Source: an uncultured virus (IMG/VR IMGVR_UViG_3300011785_000002) | Lineage: Duplodnaviria > Heunggongvirae > Uroviricota > Caudoviricetes | Reading direction: 5' to 3' (one strand) | Virus record (IMG/VR): IMGVR_UViG_3300011785_000002 | Coordinates: 1-64,000 of that record | Length of the DNA: 64,000 bases | Shown: one piece after another, positions 1 through 9,457 of the stretch | How the letters are laid out: each line of letters starts with the position of its first letter | Numbering within the stretch: the first letter of the stretch is position 1 | Position numbers and translations under genes: made by a program | Notes under the pieces: generated by a model | Told to the model about the DNA's origin: nothing | Seen by the model: the letters and a program-made list of their open reading frames with translations, nothing else | Database searches by the model: none

Positions 1-51
1 TGCCTTATTTATCAATAAATTAGATTTAACTGTTGAATTAAAATCCGGACT

Positions 52-480
52 TTAAAGTCCGAATTTATTCATTTCTTCTGGTGTCATCTTGAACAGTTCT
101 TTCGCATTATTTGCAAACGTCTGTTCTTCTTCTTCCTGAATTCGCTTATCTAATTGACAAGCAATCTCTGATAAGTGTTCCCGGAAGGAATCGTAAAGTT
201 GAGTATCAACAATACCTAAAACCATACAATGATTTACTGGGATGTGTTTTCCTAATTTTTCCATAGTTTCATGCACTTCAACAATTTCAGAGATAAACAT
301 TTTGTTGTTGTATGAAGACATGACAAGCATCCCAGGTTGGTAGTCACCTCCTTCTGCAGCATACATAGTAATGGTTTGCTGATTATTTACTGACTTTACA
401 ATTAACTCCACTAAGTGTTTCTTTTTCCAGCGTTGGAGTAGACGACTTTTAGTTTCGAGCATTTCATTGATTTTACTCAT
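52..480 (-). CDS. hypothetical protein
   Basis: ORF in the co-oriented early gene block, with AGGA RBS upstream. Confidence 0.7.
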   Translation of the reverse strand: MSKINEMLETKSRLLQRWKKKHLVELIVKSVNNQQTITMYAAEGGDYQPGMLVMSSYNNKMFISEIVEVHETMEKLGKHIPVNHCMVLGIVDTQLYDSFREHLSEIACQLDKRIQEEEEQTFANNAKELFKMTPEEMNKFGL

Positions 481-489
481 GGTTTTTCC

Positions 490-810
490 TTACAGTTTGA
501 TTGTTTCATTGTCCCGGACCACAACATTGGTCGGCATCAGGACGATTTCACCGTTTTTGAATTTGAAGTAGTCACTTTTACCTGCACCGGTAAGGACTGC
601 ATTAATGCGTTCCCGGGTTACGTTGGTTTGGAAACCACAGAAGTTCACCACAACAGTATTATCTTCGTGAAACACCTTGGCAATTTCGCTGCCATGAAGT
701 GAAACAGAAGATTCTTCTTTGGTCAGGGAATACTGAACCAAGGTGTTGCCTTGGTTCATGTTTTCTTTTTTCTCAATAGCGAGTGCTACTTGTTGGTCTA
801 TTTTACGCAT
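490..810 (-). CDS. conserved phage hypothetical protein
   Basis: MRKID..A..I...NT.V...LHG.EIA...G..T..T..R.NA pattern recalled from a widespread small phage protein family. Confidence 0.7.
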   Translation of the reverse strand: MRKIDQQVALAIEKKENMNQGNTLVQYSLTKEESSVSLHGSEIAKVFHEDNTVVVNFCGFQTNVTRERINAVLTGAGKSDYFKFKNGEIVLMPTNVVVRDNETIKL

Positions 811-1979
811 TGTACGTTTCCTAAAGTTGAGTAAGAAATTGTTGGTTTCATATCTTCGAGTTTGTCCGCCTGATCAAAGTGTTCGATTGCTACTTCTTCA
901 GAGTCAAATCCTCCACAAGATTCTCCGGTTTCGATAAACTTAATCCCATCTTCTTCTTCAAATTCATCGTAGAGGTGTTCTTTACCTTCAGGGATGATGA
1001 AGATTTCCTTGGCGTAATACCATTCACCGTTCAGGAACTGGTTGATGCCTGTCTCAACCTGATTGGCTTGTTCTACAGACTCAGCAATAACGAAAGCGTT
1101 GGCGTCATCTACATCTTCGGCATCGTGCTTGATTTTAGACGAGTCAAAAACATTGAGCATGTAGTTGTCACGGCCTTCGGTAACATCTGCCAAAAACACA
1201 CAAGGATTTTTATTTAGATATAAATCGACTGCTGTTTCACGCATTAAATCAAGGATTCCTAAACAAGATTCTCCATCTTCGGTATAGGTGGTGAAATTAC
1301 TTACGCTGATCCACATTTCATGGAAGAATTCAATGAACATATCCAGAGTAGAAGTTGAAAAATTCTGTTCTTCTGTAGACATTTGATTTTCCAAATGGCT
1401 AATCCAGGTTCTGGTCATTTTGATGAAAGCAGTATTGTCCTCCCGAGTTTCTTCCAACATATCGTCAATGTCCATTTCCAGACCATTGAAAATGTCGAAA
1501 CTTGAATATGTAATGTGACGACCCATATCATCAAAATATTCACGAAGATCTTCAAAATCTTCTTCTTCAAGACGGTTTTCTAACCACATTACATGACTGG
1601 AATAAGCAGGTTTCCAGCGTTCATTCCAGATAGTCCATGCAATTTTGTCATAATTCACAGACATAAACGCTTCTGGTCGTCCATGTGTGGATTCCATCAT
1701 TCGCAAAGCCATTTCCCAGTTGCTTTTGGCGTTGCTTGCCATAGATTCTGTATAAGAACCAATGTTGGTGTTTAATTCCTCCTCAAGATAAAGGAACAGG
1801 CTCTGCTCATTGCTAAAGACCTTATCTCTCATATTTGAAACGCTACGAGAAGACTTATCAATGCTAATGGCACGATCAAGCCACTCGTCATAGTCCTGGA
1901 GACTGTTCCAAAGACGTTCATATTCCTGTTCAATAATCAGGCCATAGTTGCTGTTTGGGTATTTGTGAATCGTTGTCAT
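798..1979 (-). CDS. acidic hypothetical protein
   Basis: 393-aa ORF, very D/E-rich, C-terminal FLNGEWY...ESCGGF. Confidence 0.75.
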   Translation of the reverse strand: MTTIHKYPNSNYGLIIEQEYERLWNSLQDYDEWLDRAISIDKSSRSVSNMRDKVFSNEQSLFLYLEEELNTNIGSYTESMASNAKSNWEMALRMMESTHGRPEAFMSVNYDKIAWTIWNERWKPAYSSHVMWLENRLEEEDFEDLREYFDDMGRHITYSSFDIFNGLEMDIDDMLEETREDNTAFIKMTRTWISHLENQMSTEEQNFSTSTLDMFIEFFHEMWISVSNFTTYTEDGESCLGILDLMRETAVDLYLNKNPCVFLADVTEGRDNYMLNVFDSSKIKHDAEDVDDANAFVIAESVEQANQVETGINQFLNGEWYYAKEIFIIPEGKEHLYDEFEEEDGIKFIETGESCGGFDSEEVAIEHFDQADKLEDMKPTISYSTLGNVQCVK

Positions 1980-2013
1980 GGTATGTTTCCCTTAATTAAA
2001 TAATTACTTTGGT

Positions 2014-2388
2014 TTAAGCAGATGTTACGTTAGGAGTTGTTTCCTGTTCTTTCAATTGTTGAACTTTCTCAATTAAATTATTGAGTAGTTCGTAGCGTTG
2101 TCCTTGAACAACACCACAATTGGGTTTATTTTCTGGAAAGATATTATTCAAAATATCTTCAATCAGAACCCGATGTTGGGAGGCAAGCTGCAGCATCGGC
2201 TTCCCGATTTTGTTATTGCTTTCATAATGCTTTCGCAAATATTTGAGCGTTTCCAGCTGGTTTTTTGCATCTTTCAAAATATCATGCCAGTCGTTTTTCA
2301 ATAAAAACTCACGGTCCGAAAGGACCGTGGCTATTAAAGAAATTGACGACGACTCAAGTAGAACTTGGGTTATCTTTTTCATCGACAT
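2014..2388 (-). CDS. hypothetical protein
   Basis: tightly packed minus-strand ORF. Confidence 0.6.
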   Translation of the reverse strand: MSMKKITQVLLESSSISLIATVLSDREFLLKNDWHDILKDAKNQLETLKYLRKHYESNNKIGKPMLQLASQHRVLIEDILNNIFPENKPNCGVVQGQRYELLNNLIEKVQQLKEQETTPNVTSA

Positions 2389-2614
2389 TCTCTCTTGGTT
2401 CGACCGCTGTGATATGTAAGACGGTCAGGTTTGGTTTCAAGACTGGAAATACGGTGACAATAAACTTGTCGCTCATGTTCCGTCGCATTAAGGCGTTATT
2501 TGCATCTTTCCGAATTTTTTCAGCCAACGCTTTATCAGGGGTTCCCCAGTAATAGCGATCAACCACTTCTTCAACCATCATCTGGATGACTTCATAGGTT
2601 GGGATATGTTTCAT
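2354..2614 (-). CDS. hypothetical protein
   Basis: ATGA overlap with the upstream gene. Confidence 0.65.
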   Translation of the reverse strand: MKHIPTYEVIQMMVEEVVDRYYWGTPDKALAEKIRKDANNALMRRNMSDKFIVTVFPVLKPNLTVLHITAVEPRENVDEKDNPSST

Positions 2615-3183
2615 TGATATTGAACCTCAATAATGTCGTACATGCTGAACATCTTGTTTACATGCCCATTTGGTAAATATTCCCGACCGTTCTGGTAGTA
2701 ACTTTTCATTTTGTAGTTACTATCCCCACCGGTTTGTTCCATCTGCAGCATATAAATACCACGGTTTGTATCTTCCAAAATATCCTTGACCGTGTACCAG
2801 TGGTTGGCCCGGTTACAGACACGGATGATTTTTGGGTTTGCTTTTTTTACTAAGGATAAATCTACACACATAGCTCCATGAAGATTTCCTTTGTGTGTGA
2901 TGTGGGTTGAGTTATCCAATGTGGTGACTGCAATCACATCGTTAATACAAGGTCGTGTCTGGTTTGGTAGGAAAGAACCATCTTCCTGAACCAATAAATT
3001 GGTATGTTGAATTTCTTGCTGTTTTTTATAGAAGCGTTGAAGTTTCAACAACACCCATCCTGGCTGGGCCGGTTCAATACTATTGACCTGCATAGACAGC
3101 CCAGATCCCAGTTGCACATATTGACGTGCTGGAAAACCTGCTGCGTTTGTTTCTGAATTTTTTAACAGTGCTGATAGTGTCAT
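2611..3183 (-). CDS. hypothetical protein with two copies of a small repeated beta-rich domain (family B)
   Basis: ATGA overlaps; two segments ending EDG..NDVIAV and YYQNG..YDIIEV. Confidence 0.7.
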   Translation of the reverse strand: MTLSALLKNSETNAAGFPARQYVQLGSGLSMQVNSIEPAQPGWVLLKLQRFYKKQQEIQHTNLLVQEDGSFLPNQTRPCINDVIAVTTLDNSTHITHKGNLHGAMCVDLSLVKKANPKIIRVCNRANHWYTVKDILEDTNRGIYMLQMEQTGGDSNYKMKSYYQNGREYLPNGHVNKMFSMYDIIEVQYQ

Positions 3184-3866
3184 TCGTTTAGCCCTAATTT
3201 TTCATTTAAAAATCGTAAATATCGAGTGTCCATACTTTCTTTGAATTGGCGTACAAACATACCAATTTCTGACCTGATCAATTCTCTCAGTATCTCGTCT
3301 GTAAGATAACCTGAGATCTGGGTTCCTCCTTTTTTCTTCCACTGGATTTGTTGGTCAAAACGTTCAAGTGATACATAAGGACTCACATGAAGTTTCACAA
3401 AACCATATCCGGTTCCTGGTCTGGTTAATCTGACCTTTGGCGGTTTTTCATAATACCGTAAAAGTGTCAGGGTGAAATTGTCGGCCAACATGGTTGGGGT
3501 TGGGTGGGGAATACGCTCCAAGTCCTGGCCATTGATTGGGATAAAATACTTTCCTGTTGGATCTCCAATATTGCTGCCATGGTTTCGTTTCAGATACCAA
3601 CGGAGGAACCTGCTCGGGTTTCGATAAATCGAAATTCCATACGGAAACAGATTCATCATATATACCTTTCGCTTGGCCTCGCTCCGTGGGTGGGTCTTGG
3701 CACCTTGTCGATACGTTTCTCGGACCAGTTGGAGCCAGTACAGGGCAAAACTCAGGCTGGGGGATTGATCCCCGTTGTGAGAAAATGCCTGCCTGGCATG
3801 ATACAAGGTCTGTTCCTTGATCGAGTCAGTGCTCAGAGGTATAAGCTGTGTTGGTTTGTCGAACAT
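3180..3866 (-). CDS. hypothetical protein
   Basis: 228-aa ORF overlapping both neighbours. Confidence 0.7.
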   Translation of the reverse strand: MFDKPTQLIPLSTDSIKEQTLYHARQAFSHNGDQSPSLSFALYWLQLVRETYRQGAKTHPRSEAKRKVYMMNLFPYGISIYRNPSRFLRWYLKRNHGSNIGDPTGKYFIPINGQDLERIPHPTPTMLADNFTLTLLRYYEKPPKVRLTRPGTGYGFVKLHVSPYVSLERFDQQIQWKKKGGTQISGYLTDEILRELIRSEIGMFVRQFKESMDTRYLRFLNEKLGLNE

Positions 3867-4119
3867 TTTCTTCTCTAATTTCCCATTCTAGTTTACGTGG
3901 TAATTTAACTGTTCCATGATAAACCTGAACTAAGTTCCCGAAATCGTCCTGAACATATTTCGTGTCTGTATAGTGACTTCCACGAAAATGATGGTTATCA
4001 CACCAATACATAATATCTTTTTCAAAACCTTTAAAGATCTTGTTACTTGGGTGATAACGATCAGGATGGACAGATTGGTTAAATCTTTGGAAACCTCTAC
4101 TTTTGATAATTATTTCCAT
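3826..4119 (-). CDS. hypothetical protein
   Basis: RBS AGGAAG, packed ORF. Confidence 0.6.
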   Translation of the reverse strand: MEIIIKSRGFQRFNQSVHPDRYHPSNKIFKGFEKDIMYWCDNHHFRGSHYTDTKYVQDDFGNLVQVYHGTVKLPRKLEWEIREENVRQTNTAYTSEH

Positions 4120-4129
4120 CTTAATCTTC

Positions 4130-4480
4130 CTAACACATAGGGTTAAAATTTAAAATATCCACAACATCGTCACTGTATGGTGCTTTCAAATGAATATTTT
4201 TAGAGAAGTATTCCATGCACTCTACGAATGTTTTCCCAAATAACTGTTCAAGATGATTCCCTTTCAAAATTAGAAATCGAGAACCGTACTTGTGATTTTT
4301 ACCATAAGCACAGGTTATAACAATGGCTGTTGTTACATCCCCATAAATATGTCGATCTACATTGTTATAGCTTATGTAGTGCCAAGGGGATTGTTGATAG
4401 GCTTTATTTGGAATTAAAACAGGGAATCCACCCATAAAACGCATCTGTGATGTGTCTTTTTCCATTTTATTTTTCCTCAA
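4130..4480 (-). CDS. conserved phage hypothetical protein
   Basis: YISYN...YG..TTAIV...FLILKGNH...C..YF pattern. Confidence 0.65.
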   Translation of the reverse strand: MRKNKMEKDTSQMRFMGGFPVLIPNKAYQQSPWHYISYNNVDRHIYGDVTTAIVITCAYGKNHKYGSRFLILKGNHLEQLFGKTFVECMEYFSKNIHLKAPYSDDVVDILNFNPMC

Positions 4481-4970
4481 AATAATCTAGGTCAAATCCC
4501 AATTCAAACCAATCCACATATTTACAATCACTGATATATGCTTCCCGGTTTGAGTGCTTCACTTTAATACCTGGATGTTCAATGATTAGTCGCGCCAGTT
4601 TGGGGTTGATGCGAGTCCAGTTCTGGTCGTCTATCTTAATAGATGCCGTGTGTTTCGCATTTAACGCATTGATTCGGATTTCATACGTTGGATATATATC
4701 CATGTTTCGATTAGAAAAACGATGGTTGCTAAACTTGTGAGCATAATAGACTGCTTCAACACCATCCTCTCTTGAATCAATCGGGATCGGTTCACCTAAG
4801 TAGTCCTTGTCACATAACTTGACACGCATTTCATGCCAATCTAGTTCGTGATTATAATTCCAAACCGAAAGGGTAAGTCGTTTATCTGGGTTGAGCCGGT
4901 TGAATAACATCCACCCATCTAAGCGGCGTTTAAGGGATTTTCGAATCATTTCTTTTGTTGGGAAGGTCAT
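4467..4970 (-). CDS. hypothetical protein
   Basis: GAGGTG RBS, packed ORF. Confidence 0.7.
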   Translation of the reverse strand: MTFPTKEMIRKSLKRRLDGWMLFNRLNPDKRLTLSVWNYNHELDWHEMRVKLCDKDYLGEPIPIDSREDGVEAVYYAHKFSNHRFSNRNMDIYPTYEIRINALNAKHTASIKIDDQNWTRINPKLARLIIEHPGIKVKHSNREAYISDCKYVDWFELGFDLDYFEEK

Positions 4971-4978
4971 TTGTCACC

Positions 4979-5230
4979 TCACATATCAAGCGTCAGGATG
5001 TAATTTCCTAGACGGTTATGATCTAAATAACATTTGAGAAACAAAAACTGTTTCTCGTTCAATACATAGCACCAACGTGGGAGTTTAGAATCTATCCGAC
5101 CATATTTGGTGACTTTCAATTTTTCAAGAAACAAGATGTGCCTTTCTCGGTGCATTTTTTCCACAACGAGTTTCATACTGCTATGTTGCTTATCCAACTC
5201 GTCAGCAAGAGTTTTAGTTGTATGTCTCAT
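4979..5230 (-). CDS. Rha-like phage regulatory protein (short)
   Basis: T..LA..LDKQH.S...V and Y.LNEKQF.FL match the Rha family pattern. Confidence 0.5.
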   Translation of the reverse strand: MRHTTKTLADELDKQHSSMKLVVEKMHRERHILFLEKLKVTKYGRIDSKLPRWCYVLNEKQFLFLKCYLDHNRLGNYILTLDM

Positions 5231-5238
5231 ATTTCAAC

Positions 5239-5778
5239 TCACTCTGCACAACGGCAATGGTTGCTATAACACAGATAACTGAAATCCCCATCCTCATGGG
5301 GTTTTTCACATACAATTTCGTAAACAGTATCTACATATTTGAAGGTTTGGATCTTAACAGCTGTTACAACAAATTTATGATCTGTACTTTTATTACGTAA
5401 AACCATCCCGGGTTTTAAATCCAGATGTTTTGGAAGTACAGGATTACTTATTGTGGAATTCAGCGGTAAAACGCGGTCGTTGTGTTTCAAACAAACTGGA
5501 ACCTGCATATAAGCATAGCGACCATCAGGGAGTAAGCCTTGAATATAGCTTACGTCTCCAAAATAGTTGTCGTACATTGAATTCCAATGTTTGATTGCTT
5601 CTTCAGCTGCTGCAGCGTGGTTGTCAGCTGTGCCTAGTGAGTAGTCCCAAGGTTGGGTGTATTCAAATTCATCCGTACCTTGGTTTGAATATTGAACAAA
5701 AATAGATGTTCCTGTTTCTTCCGTAGGTGCTACTGATTCAGAAACAAAACCGTATTTGTATGTTTGATAGATAGTCAT
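5239..5778 (-). CDS. hypothetical protein
   Basis: AAGGG RBS after an AT-rich spacer. Confidence 0.7.
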   Translation of the reverse strand: MTIYQTYKYGFVSESVAPTEETGTSIFVQYSNQGTDEFEYTQPWDYSLGTADNHAAAAEEAIKHWNSMYDNYFGDVSYIQGLLPDGRYAYMQVPVCLKHNDRVLPLNSTISNPVLPKHLDLKPGMVLRNKSTDHKFVVTAVKIQTFKYVDTVYEIVCEKPHEDGDFSYLCYSNHCRCAE

Positions 5779-5809
5779 GATAGTTTTCCCTTAATTAATT
5801 AATTAATGA

Positions 5810-6658
5810 TTAAATTTCAATTACTTGCAACATGTGTTCAAGGAGTTCGAATCTATGTTCGCCTTGCTTTCCTGTCCATGATGGCTCTCTCAGATATTGA
5901 GCAAAGGCACCGTCCCATGATGGATTTTCATCCCCAACGAAGATTGGGTAATCTTTAAACCCTGAATACTTAGGCCACGATGTGAAACAGTGATCAAAGA
6001 TAGTGTCCAGGATTTCTTCAAGGTCAGGTGTAACGGGTTTACCTTCATTGATAAGATCGTTGTAGATTCTACTTTGAAGGTTTGAACAGATACCTTGATC
6101 ATTATTGCTGACCTTTTTAACTTTTAAAATATATTGGATGTTTTCAATTAAAACATCAGTTACTTCTGGAGAAATAATTTCCAGGAGCTGCTTAACTGTG
6201 AGTTTGCGTTTGAGCAAATATTCCCAGAAGGTGGTTTTGTATAGATAACATTTGTGGTTGTCCATAAAGACCCGATCGAATATATAATCCTGATCTAAAG
6301 GCATCCACTTTTCGTTCCATTTCACACTGAAAAAATCACCGTCGTTGTAGTGGTAATGAACAGGGACTTTGTTATTTAAAATATTTTCATCTTTCCAAGC
6401 ATATTCTCTTAGATCTTCTCTTAGATCTTCTTGTTGACACACCACAAAAGCGTGGACATTTCGGACTTGCTCTTTTACGGCCTGAGCATGGCCTCCGGTT
6501 CTAACATGGAATCTGGCGTTTTTCGCGATCCCTGCAACAATATTTTTCTGGACAAGGCCGTCTACCTGGACACTAAACGTTTTCGGTTTGCTGTGTAGAT
6601 TCAGGTAGATGTAACAATTTTGGGTCAAGGTATTTTCTGACATGGTAGTTTCTCTCAT
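5810..6658 (-). CDS. two-domain protein: N-terminal YxNLH...RNVHAFV domain plus C-terminal family-A (GxC...WP.SG..YP) domain
   Basis: both motifs visible in the translation. Confidence 0.7.
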   Translation of the reverse strand: MRETTMSENTLTQNCYIYLNLHSKPKTFSVQVDGLVQKNIVAGIAKNARFHVRTGGHAQAVKEQVRNVHAFVVCQQEDLREDLREYAWKDENILNNKVPVHYHYNDGDFFSVKWNEKWMPLDQDYIFDRVFMDNHKCYLYKTTFWEYLLKRKLTVKQLLEIISPEVTDVLIENIQYILKVKKVSNNDQGICSNLQSRIYNDLINEGKPVTPDLEEILDTIFDHCFTSWPKYSGFKDYPIFVGDENPSWDGAFAQYLREPSWTGKQGEHRFELLEHMLQVIEI

Positions 6659-6896
6659 TGATTAGAGCTACGAAGCTGGATTTTTGTTCAGGTTTCAATT
6701 TACAGACAAAGAAACGTCCGTCTCTTTCACTGGTAATGAATCCTTCTTTGGTGAAGCGTTTTGATAAGTTGCGAAGTCGGTCACTGGAATATTTAAAGCG
6801 ATCTATATAGAATTCGTGACCTCGCAGCATGTGGTTATAAAAAGAAACCTGAGATCGAAGATCTAAAGGAATCTCAACTTTATTTTGGTGGGGCAT
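6573..6896 (-). CDS. hypothetical protein
   Basis: packed ORF. Confidence 0.55.
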   Translation of the reverse strand: MPHQNKVEIPLDLRSQVSFYNHMLRGHEFYIDRFKYSSDRLRNLSKRFTKEGFITSERDGRFFVCKLKPEQKSSFVALINERNYHVRKYLDPKLLHLPESTQQTENV

Positions 6897-7353
6897 TAGT
6901 GATTACCTTCACAATATCTTTTGGTGATAAATATTGATTTAATTCCGTGTGGTTTTTACCTTTTATTGAATAATATTCAATTTTATGTTCAGCTCCTTCA
7001 AACACAATGAAAAAATCCTGTTGGTTTTTTTCATTTTTCTTTTCTGGTAATCTGCCTATAGCAATTACTTTAACAACGGAACGATCAAGCAGCTCCACCA
7101 ACGTTCTAGGTTTGATCTTTAAAAACTCTTTTTCGAGATTCAAAATATCTGGAAGATTCGACATAAAATCATTAACACACCCTAAAAAAGAACGATGTGT
7201 GTCGTTATATTTGCTGTCTTCAAACAAAGATTTTAAACCCTTGCAGATATGCCAGTGTTGGTCTATATCTGTTGTTTCCGCCCAGGGTTTTGCTTTTTCT
7301 TGGATATAAAAAGCATAAGCGATTGTAAATTCAAAATCATTCTGGGTCATCAT
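6880..7353 (-). CDS. hypothetical protein with C-terminal family-B domain
   Basis: YYSIKG...SPKDIVKV resembles the paralogues at 8255 and 9448. Confidence 0.65.
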   Translation of the reverse strand: MMTQNDFEFTIAYAFYIQEKAKPWAETTDIDQHWHICKGLKSLFEDSKYNDTHRSFLGCVNDFMSNLPDILNLEKEFLKIKPRTLVELLDRSVVKVIAIGRLPEKKNEKNQQDFFIVFEGAEHKIEYYSIKGKNHTELNQYLSPKDIVKVITNAPPK

Positions 7354-7880
7354 TGCTGCTTCTCCTTAGATTGAACTTTTTCCACATGCTTAATTAGAAT
7401 TTCTAAACGTTCGATAGCGTGGGCCTTGGTGATGGTCTCGCCACGGTTGTTAATATTGCTACCAAAAGCGTAAAGGTCTGGCATGAATAACTGAATAGAA
7501 ATCCGATATGGTATATTGAAGAATTCAGCCCCTGCATTGGTTCCGAAAGAGTTTTGATATACTACCTCTCCTAAATTTAAGTCATAGTGCAGTCCTCTTT
7601 CACGGAAGTCTTCAATAGTTGCAGCCCAACCCAGCATACAAGCCACTGTTCCGCATTCGTGTTTCAAGTCATACGAAGTCACAGCCCAGGCTGAGTCATT
7701 AGGCTGCCCGGGTTGTACGTTTAAGTTCTTTCGCCAATGGTTGAGATTAAACTTTTCATCCGGCACTTCTGCTTTTAAAAAATCCCGAAGTGTTTTCAAA
7801 CTTTCGAGATTTGTATATCGGAAATAATATGGGTCTGTTGCGTTTAAAATCTCAATAAACGGTGTGTTATTCAATCGCAT
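7350..7880 (-). CDS. conserved phage hypothetical protein (CGTxACxxGW motif)
   Basis: HECGTVACMLGWAA motif; start moved to ATG 7880, which follows an AAGGA RBS. Confidence 0.7.
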   Translation of the reverse strand: MRLNNTPFIEILNATDPYYFRYTNLESLKTLRDFLKAEVPDEKFNLNHWRKNLNVQPGQPNDSAWAVTSYDLKHECGTVACMLGWAATIEDFRERGLHYDLNLGEVVYQNSFGTNAGAEFFNIPYRISIQLFMPDLYAFGSNINNRGETITKAHAIERLEILIKHVEKVQSKEKQQ

Positions 7881-8244
7881 TTGAATATCCTTTTTCAAAA
7901 AAGTCACTGAGGTTGATTCCCTTAATAAGTTCACCATGTCGGTTATATTGCTCACACCAACCGTCGAAGTGTCCGTCTTGGGTGATTGAAACACATTTGA
8001 TGCTGTATTCCTGCATGGCAAAGGATGCGTGTTTCTTGATAATTGCCTGGATCTGGTCCAATTTGTCGGTCAGGTCGAAGTAACCATCTAGGTGTATTCC
8101 TGTTTGGGCAGGGTGAACTTCCAAACGTTTGTTTGGTCCTACCAGGTTGCGGATTTCATTTACACAGCGGATCATATCTGCTGAAGATACAAACAGAAGT
8201 TCTGATGAAAACCAGCGGTGGTTTTCGAGTTGTTTTCTAGTCAT
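7867..8244 (-). CDS. hypothetical protein
   Basis: AGGA RBS, packed ORF. Confidence 0.65.
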   Translation of the reverse strand: MTRKQLENHRWFSSELLFVSSADMIRCVNEIRNLVGPNKRLEVHPAQTGIHLDGYFDLTDKLDQIQAIIKKHASFAMQEYSIKCVSITQDGHFDGWCEQYNRHGELIKGINLSDFFEKGYSNAIE

Positions 8245-8254
8245 GGTTTAATTC

Positions 8255-8731
8255 CTAAAATTTAATCAGGTTTAATTGATAAGGAAGGAACTCGTCATCG
8301 TCTATGATCAGGTTCCCGTTCGGGGCGATTGTTACCAATGTATTTAGTGGTAGAGAGAGATAGTGACTCCCATCATCATATTCCAGGTCTAAACAACCTT
8401 CTCCTTCATCATATTGTTTTAATGAGAAAGTTTGACCTGATCCATTGTGGATAAAACAGCTTGTTTTTTCGTACACCTCGGAAAGCGTAACCGTTGTTCG
8501 TTTAGAAAAACTTAAAATGTCACGTGGGTCTTCAACATTTTTACCCCATTGGTACATTCCATTTGGTCTGTAAAAAAGAGGTTTTTTAGTTTCTACAAAC
8601 TTAACGTGGATTCGATATTCCAGATCCTCATGGTCTGGGTCATAAATAATCTGGTCGATAGTTAGATGTGCACCGTTTCGGAGAACAACAGTGTTCCCGG
8701 GTTTGGCCTGGGTTAAATCGATTTGTTCCAT
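8255..8731 (-). CDS. hypothetical protein with N-terminal family-B domain
   Basis: GNTVVLRNG...KFVE...Y..NG...DPRDI; likely start MEQIDL after AGGA. Confidence 0.7.
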   Translation of the reverse strand: MEQIDLTQAKPGNTVVLRNGAHLTIDQIIYDPDHEDLEYRIHVKFVETKKPLFYRPNGMYQWGKNVEDPRDILSFSKRTTVTLSEVYEKTSCFIHNGSGQTFSLKQYDEGEGCLDLEYDDGSHYLSLPLNTLVTIAPNGNLIIDDDEFLPYQLNLIKF

Positions 8732-8741
8732 GTTGTGGTTC

Positions 8742-8999
8742 CTATTCTGGAAAAATGTCTTGCTTTTCAACAAGATACACCCAGTCCCCGTCTTTTAACA
8801 ATTCAGAGACATTGGCATAGCTTGAGAATGCCCAACAGCCAGTGTTTGGGACATAGATCATGACCTGGCCTAGTTTCACTGTGTAGTACAGGAAAGATGT
8901 ATCGACCTTGACACAGATCAAGGCACCGGCAGGGGCTTGGTTAAAGAGCTTGTCACGGTACTTTTCAATCATGTGTTTTGATAGTGGTTTGGTTGTCAT
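8742..8999 (-). CDS. hypothetical protein
   Basis: AAGGAG RBS, ATGA overlap. Confidence 0.7.
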   Translation of the reverse strand: MTTKPLSKHMIEKYRDKLFNQAPAGALICVKVDTSFLYYTVKLGQVMIYVPNTGCWAFSSYANVSELLKDGDWVYLVEKQDIFPE

Positions 9000-9457
9000 A
9001 GCAACTCCTTCATACTTTCCAGGAATTTTCTGGATGCAGCAATATCTTCTTTTATATCAACCACTGCGGTGTGGCTGAACATTGAAATAAATGAGTTTTC
9101 CTGTTCTTTCCATTTTTTGTAGAGGAAATCTTCCTTATCATCCTCGTCTTCAATTGAGTCACTTTCACGAATGTAGCTTTCAACATAATCCACAAACTTG
9201 GTGGTTTCACGGACCATGGTTTTGATAATTTTACGAATGGTTACTTTGTCAGAAACAATGAGAACCCCATAGCCGAATTGGTAGTTTTCCTCTTGATAAA
9301 GATCAACCTTTTCATCGTGTTTAAAATGATCAATCACATCAAAAATTTTTTGACCTATCAGGTCGTAAGCATCGTAACTTTCTGAGCTGTTTCCAATTGA
9401 GAAATTTAGAAAAGTTCGATGTGTTACAACTTTAGATTCTTGAATTGTCATTGCCAA
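8996..9457 (-). CDS. hypothetical protein
   Basis: packed ORF. Confidence 0.65.
   Translation of the reverse strand: MAMTIQESKVVTHRTFLNFSIGNSSESYDAYDLIGQKIFDVIDHFKHDEKVDLYQEENYQFGYGVLIVSDKVTIRKIIKTMVRETTKFVDYVESYIRESDSIEDEDDKEDFLYKKWKEQENSFISMFSHTAVVDIKEDIAASRKFLESMKELL

Noticed and set aside
8446..8454. Single perfect DnaA box
   Set aside because: Isolated, inside a CDS, and compatible with chance.
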